Source of the DNA: Hydrurus foetidus | Lineage: Eukaryota | Length of the DNA stretch: 32,793 nucleotides | Assembly (NCBI GenBank): GCA_900617105.1 | Contig: UYFQ01000225.1 | Coordinates: 1 to 32,793 of the forward strand | Direction of reading: 5' to 3' | Part shown: in pieces, positions 15,301-24,614 of the stretch | Layout of the letters: the number at the start of each line of letters is the position of its first letter | How positions within the stretch are numbered: position 1 is the stretch's first letter | Program-made: the position numbers and the translations under genes | Notes under the pieces: model-generated | The model's input: the letters and a program-made list of their open reading frames with translations, nothing else | Told to the model about the DNA's origin: nothing | Database searches by the model: none

Positions 15301-18300
15301 TGGTTCAGATGTTGGTATCGATGTCGGTACCGACGATGGCGCATCTGATGGTAACAGTGTGGGTGATGAGGATGGTTCAGATGTTGGTATCGATGTCGGT
15401 ACCGACGATGGCCATCTGACTGACGGTGCCGATGTCGGTACCGACGACGGCGCATCTGATGGTAACAGTGTGGGTGATGAGGATGGTTCAGATGTTGGTA
15501 TCGATGTCGGTACCGACGATGGCGCATCTGATGGTAACAGTGTGGGTGATGAGGATGGTTCAGATGTTGGTATCGATGTCGGTACCGACGATGGCGCATC
15601 TGATGGTAACAGTGTGGGTGATGAGGATGGTTCAGATGTTGGTATCGATGTCGGTACCGACGATGGCGCATCTGATGGTAACAGTGTGGGTGATGAGGAT
15701 GGTTCAGATGTTGGTATCGATGTCGGTACCGACGATGGCGCATCTGATGGTAACAGTGTGGGTGATGAGGATGGTTCAGATGTTGGTATCGATGTCGGTA
15801 CCGACGATGGCGCATCTGATGGTAACAGTGTGGGTGATGAGGATGGTTCAGATGTTGGTATCGATGTCGGTACCGACGATGGCGCATCTGATGGTAACAG
15901 TGTGGGTGATGAGGATGGTTCAGATGTTGGTATCGATGTCGGTACCGACGATGGCGCATCTGATGGTAACAGTGTGGGTGATGAGGATGGTTCAGATGTT
16001 GGTATCGATGTCGGTACCGACGATGGCGCATCTGATGGTAACAGTGTGGGTGATGAGGATGGTTCAGATGTTGGTATCGATGTCGGTACCGACGATGGCG
16101 CATCTGATGGTAACAGTGTGGGTGATGAGGATGGTTCAGATGTTGGTATCGATGTCGGTACCGACGATGGCGCATCTGATGGTAACAGTGTGGGTGATGA
16201 GGATGGTTCAGATGTTGGTATCGATGTCGGTACCGACGATGGCGCATCTGATGGTAACAGTGTGGGTGATGAGGATGGTTCAGATGTTGGTATCGATGTC
16301 GGTACCGACGATGGCGCATCTGATGGTAACAGTGTGGGTGATGAGGATGGTTCAGATGTTGGTATCGATGTCGGTACCGACGATGGCGCATCTGATGGTA
16401 ACAGTGTGGGTGATGAGGATGGTTCAGATGTTGGTATCGATGTCGGTACCGACGATGGCGCATCTGATGGTAACAGTGTGGGTGATGAGGATGGTTCAGA
16501 TGTTGGTATCGATGTCGGTACCGACGATGGCCTGACTGACGGTGCCGATGTCGGTTCCGACGACGGCGCATCTGATGGCAGCAGTGTGGGTGATGAGGAT
16601 GGTTCAGATGTTGGTATCGATGTCGGTACCGACGATGGCGCATCTGATGGTAACAGTGTGGGTGATGAGGATGGTTCAGATGTTGGTATCGATGTCGGTA
16701 CCGACGATGGCGCATCTGATGGTAACAGTGTGGGTGATGAGGATGGTTCAGATGTTGGTATCGATGTCGGTACCGACGATGGCGCATCTGATGGTGCCGA
16801 TGTTGGTACCGACGATGGCGATGATGGTGCCGATGTGGGTATGAGGATGGCCTGATGTTGGTATCGATGTCGGTACCGACGATGGCGCATCTGATGGTAA
16901 CAGTGTGGGTGATGAGGATGGTTCAGATGTTGGTATCGATGTCGGTACCGACGATGGCGCATCTGATGGTAACAGTGTGGGTGATGAGGATGGTTCAGAT
17001 GTTGGTATCGATGTCGGTACCGACGATGGCGCATCTGATGGTAACAGTGTGGGTGATGAGGATGGTTCAGATGTTGGTATCGATGTCGGTACCGACGATG
17101 GCGCATCTGATGGTAACAGTGTGGGTGATGAGGATGGTTCAGATGTTGGTATCGATGTCGGTACCGACGATGGCGCATCTGATGGTAACAGTGTGGGTGA
17201 TGAGGATGGTTCAGATGTTGGTATCGATGTCGGTACCGACGATGGCGCATCTGATGGTAACAGTGTGGGTGATGAGGATGGTTCAGATGTTGGTATCGAT
17301 GTCGGTACCGACGATGGCGCATCTGATGGTAACAGTGTGGGTGATGAGGATGGTTCAGATGTTGGTATCGATGTCGGTACCGACGATGGCGCATCTGATG
17401 GTAACAGTGTGGGTGATGAGGATGGTTCAGATGTTGGTATCGATGTCGGTACCGACGATGGCGCATCTGATGGTAACAGTGTGGGTGATGAGGATGGTTC
17501 AGATGTTGGTATCGATGTCGGTACCGACGATGGCGCATCTGATGGTAACATGTGGGTGATGAGGATGGCCAGATGTTGGTATCGATGTCGGTACCGACGA
17601 TGGCTGCATCTGATTGGGTGCTGATGTGGGTATGACGATGGCCTGACTGACGGTGCCGATGTCGGTACCGACGATGGCGCATCTGATGGTAACAGTGTGG
17701 GTGATGAGGATGGTTCAGATGTTGGTATCGATGTCGGTACCGACGATGGCCTGACTGACGGTGCCGATGTCGGTACCGACGATGGCCTGACTGACGGTGC
17801 CGATGTTGGTACCGGCGATGGCCTGACTGACGGTGCCGATGTCGGTACCGACGACGGCGCATCTGATGGTAACAGTGTGGGTGATGAGGATGGTTCAGAT
17901 GTTGGTATCGATGTCGGTACCGACGATGGCCTGACTGACGGTGCTGATGTTGGTACCGACGATGGCCTGACTGACGGTGCCGATGTTGGTACCGACGATG
18001 GCGCATCTGATGGTAGCAGTGTGGGTGATGAGGATGGTTCAGATGTTGGTATCGATGTCGGTACCGACGATGGCCTGACTGACGGTATCGATGTCGGTAC
18101 CGACGATGGCCTGACTGACGGTACCGATGTCGGTACCGACGATGGCCTGACTGACGGTGCCGATGTCGGTACCGACGATGGCGCATCTGATGGTGACAGT
18201 GTGGGTGATGAGGATGGTTTAGATGTTGGTATCGATGTCGGTACCGACGATGGCCTGACTGACGGTGCCGATGTCGGTACCGACGATGGCCTGACAGACG

Positions 18301-21300
18301 GTGCCGATGTTGGTACCGGCGATGGTCTAACTGACGGTGATGATGTCGGTACCGACGATGGCGCATCTGATGGTAACAGTGTGGGTGATGAGGATGGTTC
18401 AGATGTTGGTATCGATGTCGGTACCGACGATGGCCTGACTGACGGTGCCGATGTCGGTACCGACGACGGCGCATCTGATGGTAGCAGTGTGGGTGATGAG
18501 GATGGTTCAGATGTTGGTATCGATGTCGGTACCGACGATGGCGCATCTGATGGTAACAGTGTGGGTGATGAGGATGGTTCAGATGTTGGTATCGATGTCG
18601 GTACCGACGATGGCGCATCTGATGGTAACAGTGTGGGTGATGAGGATGGTTCAGATGTTGGTATCGATGTCGGTACCGACGATGGCGCATCTGATGGTAA
18701 CAGTGTGGGTGATGAGGATGGTTCAGATGTTGGTATCGATGTCGGTACCGACGATGGCGCATCTGATGGTAACAGTGTGGGTGATGAGGATGGTTCAGAT
18801 GTTGGTATCGATGTCGGTACCGACGATGGCCTGACTGACGGTGCCGATGTCGGTACCGACGACGGCGCATCTGATGGTAACAGTGTGGGTGATGAGGATG
18901 GTTCAGATGTTGGTATCGATGTCGGTACCGACGATGGCGCATCTGATGGCAACAGTGTGGGTGATGAGGATGGTTCAGATGTTGGTATCGATGTCGGTAC
19001 CGACGATGGCGCATCTGATGGTAACAGTGTGGGTGATGAGGATGGTTCAGATGTTGGTATCGATGTCGGTACCGACGATGGCGCATCTGATGGTAACAGT
19101 GTGGGTGATGAGGATGGTTCAGATGTTGGTATCGATGTCGGTACCGACGATGGCGCATCTGATGGTAACAGTGTGGGTGATGAGGATGGTTCAGATGTTG
19201 GTATCGATGTCGGTACCGACGATGGCGCATCTGATGGTAACAGTGTGGGTGATGAGGATGGTTCAGATGTTGGTATCGATGTCGGTACCGACGATGGCGC
19301 ATCTGATGGTAACAGTGTGGGTGATGAGGATGGTTCAGATGTTGGTATCGATGTCGGTACCGACGATGGCGCATCTGATGGTAACAGTGTGGGTGATGAG
19401 GATGGTTCAGATGTTGGTATCGATGTCGGTACCGACGATGGCGCATCTGATGGTAACAGTGTGGGTGATGAGGATGGTTCAGATGTTGGTATCGATGTCG
19501 GTACCGACGATGGCGCATCTGATGGTAACAGTGTGGGTGATGAGGATGGTTCAGATGTTGGTATCGATGTCGGTACCGACGATGGCGCATCTGATGGTAA
19601 CAGTGTGGGTGATGAGGATGGTTCAGATGTTGGTATCGATGTCGGTACCGACGATGGCGCATCTGATGGTAACAGTGTGGGTGATGAGGATGGTTCAGAT
19701 GTTGGTATCGATGTCGGTACCGACGATGGCGCATCTGATGGTAACAGTGTGGGTGATGAGGATGGTTCAGATGTTGGTATCGATGTCGGTACCGACGATG
19801 GCGCATCTGATGGTAACAGTGTGGGTGATGAGGATGGTTCAGATGTTGGTATCGATGTCGGTACCGACGATGGCGCATCTGATGGTAACAGTGTGGGTGA
19901 TGAGGATGGTTCAGATGTTGGTATCGATGTCGGTACCGACGACGGCCTGACTGACGGTGCTGATGTAGGTACCGACGATGGCCTGACTGACGGTGCTGAT
20001 GTCGGTACTGACGATGGCCTGACTGACGGTATCGATGTCGGTACCGCCGATGGCCTGACTGATGGTGCCGATGTGGGTGATGAGGATGGTCCAGATGTTG
20101 GTATCGATGTCGGTACCGACGATGGCGCATCTGATGGTAACAGTGTGGGTGATGAGGATGGTTCAGATGTTGGTATCGATGTCGGTACCGACGATGGCGG
20201 ACTGACGGTGTCGATGTCGGTACCGACGATGGCCTGAATGACGGTGCCGATGTTGGTGCCGACGATGGCGCATCTGATTGTAAGATTGTGGGATGTTGTG
20301 TGGATGACGGGGACGGCTTCGGGGTTGATGTGGATATTATGTACGTAGCAGTTGGTACGTATTGTACTCCGTTGTATATTTTGTTTATTGTATCTTCGAA
20401 AGGACCAGAAGTAAAATCAAGTAGTTGCTTCGTCATCGTAATTACGTCTCCATTTACTTGTGTCACTGAGTAATCGATCACCCCAACACGCCCAAAAGGG
20501 GACATCACGATACCGTTGGTAATGAATTCAGTTGTTGTTATTCCATCTGTGCCAGGATATTTACGAGGAAATGCACCGTTCTTGATCGTATCGAATAATT
20601 TCATTTGGAAGTCAGAGTTACCGAGGTCAGCGACTTTCCCTCTGAAGTACTGGATGGTGCGATATGATAGGAATGTGCAGGCAGGTTAGATAGGTAGACT
20701 TCGTTGCACAAGTTGCAGGAAGGGTGCAAAAATGGAGAACACTCAATAACAGCGACACGTACCTGTCTTATGGTGAGTATAGCTTTTTCAGTCCCTGTCA
20801 ACGGTATCGTAGTCGCTGCCGCTTTAATTGATGTCTGACCAGAATGCAGGTTGCCTTGAGTAAGCGATGACGACAGCTCTGTTAAATTGAATCGAGTGGT
20901 TGTCGGTGATGTTGTGGGAGACATGTAGTATGTGTAGTATCGCCCATCGACTGAAATACAAGTAATGAAAGCGGTACATACTATCATCAGCACTTACGTG
21001 TGAGCGTAGTCTTTGCAGTGGGACACCGTGTAGCTGAGCCTTCTTGGTTCTGAAGCAAGATGGCCTCATCTGTTACGCTCTTGTCACGGGGCAACAGAGT
21101 GCTCTGTTTGATTTCTTCGGAGAAAAAAGATTCCGGAACGATGTTCGCTGACCCCGTAGTCAGATAGTTGGATTTCAAAGGTAGAGAGATGAGCTGAGTG
21201 GATTTGAACATTTGTGTCGGATTTGGGCCAGTCAGAGAATTCTTATCTAAGTCCAGTCTCTTTAATGATGCCAGGTCATATATTGAAGGTGGAATTGTCC

Positions 21301-22046
21301 CAGTCAGTTTATTAGAATCTAGCGTTAGAACGGCAAGAGCACGGCACGCCCCGATTGAGAGTGGAATGAATCCTGTGAACATATTGTTGGACAGGCGCAG
21401 CTCTCTCAGTCCCGCATGCCAGTTGCTCACGGAGCCCGGAATCGTTCCACTTAAATGATTATGGCTGACATCGAAATGCGTCAAACAAAGAAAATCCCCT
21501 ATTGAAGCGGGCAGAGTACCGCTTAAGCCGAGATGGGGAAGTGAGATCGAATTCACATGGGCGCAATTTTCATTTCCAGGAGTATCGCCGCAACGCACAC
21601 CCTCGAAGAGGCACCATGCAGGTTTCACATTATGAACGCTCTGCATGACTAAACGAACTTGCTCCTCGATAAAGGCACTGAAGTCCGCCTCATCGCACGT
21701 TTGTTTATTCTTCCGAGAATTGTTAATTGGCGTATTGGCAGTTGTCCAAGCTGTCCCTAACGAAGATGAAGATCACTATAATAATTAGGATTTGCATGTC
21801 GGGTGAAACAATCGAAGCACATCAATGCTCGAGGATACCTGGGAGGGAGGCTAGCTTTGGAATCGATTGAACCATCGCAAAAATTGCGCATCCTTCATCA
21901 CGTATTGCCTCGGCATGTAGGGTAGATGCCAATGGAAGACCAGAAAAGAACGACGACAGGATCGGGGGTAAGTTGTCTGAGCTACTGGCTCGAATAAAAA
22001 GCGTTATGATTAATGTGATGTTGAAGGCACAGTAGAAGGCAACCAT
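1..22046 (-). CDS. Giant secreted or surface LRR plus mucin-like (Ser/Pro/Thr repeat) protein, 3' end beyond the window; exons 22046-21839, 21756-20998, 20950-20763, 20649-<1
   Basis: Three GT-AG introns join four ORF pieces in frame (phases 1, 1, 0; junction peptides LASLPG/TAW, TTLT-L-DGRYY, TIRQ/YFRGK...MKLFD). The N-terminus MVAFYCAFNITLIITLFIRASS looks like a signal peptide. LRRs follow, and the frame then grades into STSTPKPSPS...PSSAPTSAPS and about 20 kb of PS/PT repeats. The array contains many frameshifts as assembled. Confidence 0.8.
12372..20278 (-). repeat. Coding tandem array B: 72-bp unit (PSDAPSSVPTSIPTSEPSSSPTLL, about 100 copies) with interspersed 36-bp units (PSVRPSSVPTSA)
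   Basis: Unit gtcggtaccgacgatggcgcatctgatggtaacagtgtgggtgatgaggatggttcagatgttggtatcgat. The 36-bp variant contains ggcctgactgacggtgcc and clusters at about 17640-18450 and 19940-20070. Confidence 0.98.
20650..20762 (-). other. Intron 3 of the LRR-mucin gene (113 bp)
   Basis: CAG|GTACGT...CATCCAG|TAC. This phase-0 join puts exon 3 in frame with MKLFDTIKNG. Confidence 0.75.
20951..20997 (-). other. Intron 2 of the LRR-mucin gene (47 bp)
   Basis: C|GTAAGT...TATTTCAG|TC. Removing it skips the stop of ORF 20987..21646 and restores the frame into DGRYY. Confidence 0.85.
21150..21617 (-). other. Plant-type extracellular LRR domain (cysteine cap plus about 5-6 LRRs) within the giant gene
   Basis: Cap WCLFEGVRC, then repeats matching LxxLxLxxNxLxGxIP: LSGTLPASIG, FDVSHNHLSGTIP, LRLSNNMFTGFIP, LTLDSNKLTGTIP, LDLDKNSLTGPNP. 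Confidence 0.93.
21757..21838 (-). other. Intron 1 of the LRR-mucin gene (82 bp)
   Basis: CCAG|GTATCC...TTCGTTAG|GG. Removing it joins the signal-peptide exon in frame to the LRR exon. Confidence 0.8.
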
Positions 22047-22380
22047 GCCTCCCTCCTTAGAAAGCAATTTCCCTTCGTCGATCTGCGCGAGTGGGATAGG
22101 CCGATACTTCAAGATAGACAGCGCTCGTCAGATGTGATGATCACTATCAAAGTGTGACGGCTAATGGAGATTCAAAGATAACCCTCGTGCAGACATTTTC
22201 TTTGCAAAATTCCTCTCACCTCATTGTTGGATATAATATCTGCACAGCTCCCAGCGGTGTCAGAAATATGAATCGGTGTCAAATAATAGAATCGACTCAC
22301 GGTAGATCCAAGTACTCCATCAGTAAGACTCAAAAAGCGCTTCTGACAATTGCGCTTGACTAACAAAATGCTGCTACATC

Positions 22381-22815
22381 CATTTCTAAAATCAAAAAAA
22401 TTCTAAACGAAAATTTTTGTGCTCATTTCCCCACATATTTGGAAATGCTAGACCCCAATTAGACTAGACATGTATGTTGAAAAAAAGTTAGCGTTTTTAT
22501 TAAATCAGGAATGGTCGAATTAGTGTGGAACCAAGAGGATTTGGCTTAAAAATGATCACTTCTCGAGTTGTTGCGGTTATAGTGACAATTTCAGGTGTTT
22601 TCCCTGATTATTTCTTCGGAAAACACCTGAAATTGTCACTATAACCGCAACAACTCGAGAAGTGATCATTTTTAAGCCAAATCCTCTCGGTTCCACACTA
22701 ATTCGACCATTCCTGATTTAATAAAAACGCTAACTTTTTTTCAACATATCTAATCTAATTGAGGTCTAGCAATATTGGTAAATGAGTCGTTTAAAGCCTT
22801 TTTGATTTTAAAATG
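22381..22815. repeat. Long inverted repeat (foldback or MITE-like); core arms 22473-22603 and 22618-22748
   Basis: The 131-bp arms match at 130 of 131 positions around a 14-bp loop. Degenerate symmetry extends outward (tgctagacc / ggtctagca; taaaatcaaaaa / tttttgatttta). Confidence 0.95.
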
Positions 22816-23025
22816 AATCAACAGCTTAACTGATCGAAACAGCAATCGAAAGCTATTTTACAATGCTGATAATGATAATTACCGGAAGTTCATATTGAAC
22901 CGATCCTATTTCTGACACCGCTGATAATTGAACGAACATTCGTTCGTCAAACAAAGGTATAAAAGGAGAGGGGGCGCTTTGAAGTTTGAAGCCTCTGGGT
23001 CATTCTTTTATTCTTTTAACCCTTA

Positions 23026-23218
23026 CAGCGAACCTATACGACATTTTTCGACAAGAAAACCGGGCGAAAAACCGGGGAAAAGCGGCCGAAAATCAAAAGC
23101 GGCGCTTTCAAAAGGCCTGGTTTTGGGTGCCTGCTTTCATTTTTGAGTGCAGCAAAACCAAAACCGGCGGGTTTTCGGCCGGTCTGATTTTTTCGACAAA
23201 TGTCGTATAGGTTCGCTG
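23026..23218. mobile_element. Tourist-like (PIF/Harbinger superfamily) MITE, 193 bp
   Basis: Perfect 21-bp TIRs CAGCGAACCTATACGACATTT / AAATGTCGTATAGGTTCGCTG, flanked on both sides by TTA (23023-25 and 23219-21). No coding capacity is evident. Confidence 0.85.
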
Positions 23219-23259
23219 TTAGCCGGTCACCAGTCACCACCCCTTTTTCCATACCTCAT

Positions 23260-23364
23260 GCAACGGAAAAGCGACCGTCCGAAAACCGAGGTTTTCATTT
23301 TCGGTCGCTTTTCAGCCGTTTTTTCGGTCGCTTTTCGTGCGAAAATTTTCGTATAGTTTCGCTG
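23260..23364. mobile_element. Partial related MITE (right end only)
   Basis: Ends in CGTATAGTTTCGCTG followed by TTA, nearly identical to the right TIR at 23204-23218. It contains CGGTCGCTTTTC motifs in both orientations, and no separate left TIR is seen. Confidence 0.55.
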
Positions 23365-23367
23365 TTA

Positions 23368-24477
23368 CGCGACTCGAAAAATCGAGTCGCACCGCACAGT
23401 CGCACAAGCAGGAAGTGGTCGGTTGCACGATGCGAAATAGTCGCACAAAAGTGTGATCCCATGAGTCGCACAGAAAGTCGCACAGAAAGCCGCACTCATC
23501 TCTCAGAAACACGGAAATGAGTCAAAAACAGTGGATTTAAAACTTTAGTATGAGGGATAGAAAAATTGCGGGATTTTAATATAAAATACGGAATAAAAAG
23601 CCATGTGGAACTTTTTCTGTCTGGGATTCCTCGGCTAATTTCCAGCTATCATGAAGAAAGATGAGATTGGAAGCGTGCTGTGGTTGTACAGATTTACGGC
23701 ATTTGAATATAGTTAGGCCAGCAACGGAGAATACTCGCTCAGATGGTGCTGAAGTAGTAGGTACACAGAGAAGCCTGCGCGCGAGGGTGCTACGACAAGG
23801 CAACATTTTCTCGTGCATTTGCCACCAAGTTAGCGGGTCGGAAAAGATGTTTCCAGATAGCTTGACATTCAATCCCTTCAAATTTTTGTAAATATCTAAC
23901 TCTGTGTTCACTTTCATTTCGAAACTGTTGGGGTCATTGTCAACCACATTGTCAGCATTGTCACCTATACCGAAGAAGATATCATCCGGATCTTCAATCG
24001 CGATTGGCATCACAACTTCAACAAGGTCCATGGTCTTTTCATTAGCCAACGAAATCATCATTCTTTTTATCTCACACCAAATCTTTGCCTTATCCATGAT
24101 CCCGAATCCCTGCAGTGATTTGGTGCGAGGATCTAATGCAGCAGCGATGAAATTGTGATTGCTCTGGTAATTATTTTTTTTTACTTAGAGAAATTTTGGG
24201 ATCGACACCAGGTCAGAATAAGATCACTAAATCATAAGGCTGGTGACTCTAAATTACATAAACAAGCGTTGAATAATGCATATTTGACGACACGCTATAG
24301 TTCTGATAGTTTAAGGAAGTGAATCGTCCAGGAAGGTGCTCAAATTGATGAATTGTGCTACTTCTGTGCGACTGTGCGACTTTTGTGCGACTGTGCGACC
24401 CCACGGTCGCACCGCACGGTCGCACACGTGTGCGACCGCACATTGTGCGACAAAGTCGGAGTCGGACACCAGCCCTA
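23368..24477 (-). mobile_element. Internally deleted hAT-superfamily DNA transposon
   Basis: Clusters of GTCGCACA / TGTGCGAC subterminal repeats at 23385-23495 and 24365-24452 bracket a hAT transposase fragment. The right terminus reads TAGGGCTGG on the minus strand, like a hAT TIR start. The matching left TIR was not found. Confidence 0.7.
23576..24157 (-). pseudogene. hAT transposase C-terminal fragment (dimerisation domain)
   Basis: In-frame AAALDPRTK upstream of the listed ORF, then DPLTWW...LARRLLCVPTTSAPSERVFSVAG...LIFLH. The N-terminal two-thirds of the transposase is absent. Confidence 0.9.
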
Positions 24478-24614
24478 GTAAATTTCATTGAGAGACCTTC
24501 ATATTTGAAAAAGCTTCATCCGGGATCGAAAAGAAACTCCGGTCGAAATGAAAGGTCCGAGATCCCCGTTTTACTGAACGGAAACATGAAAATTGGAAAC
24601 TTGAATATGAAGAC

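Noticed and set aside
7..20237. Long + strand ORFs (acidic GDEDEGIDDG.../GDEDGSDVG... and Met-rich MMVPTMSHLM...)
   Set aside because: They are antisense shadows of the PS/PT repeat. They have no unique N- or C-terminal sequence, whereas the minus frame is continuous with a spliced signal-peptide and LRR head.
1..20278. CRISPR array
   Set aside because: The units are contiguous and identical with no unique spacers, there are no cas genes, and the context is eukaryotic.
1..20278. Non-coding satellite or centromeric DNA
   Set aside because: Unit lengths (75, 72, 36, 51) are multiples of three, and the array grades out of a coding exon as a coherent P[S/T]xx peptide.
22047..22112. Start of ORF 21822..22112 at MKYRP
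   Set aside because: That start is a TTG codon. The first ATG (22046) directly precedes the signal-peptide-like segment.
22154..23520. Short ORFs of 64-106 aa on both strands
   Set aside because: They mostly overlap MITE and subterminal repeats or the gene's upstream region and show no recognisable motifs.
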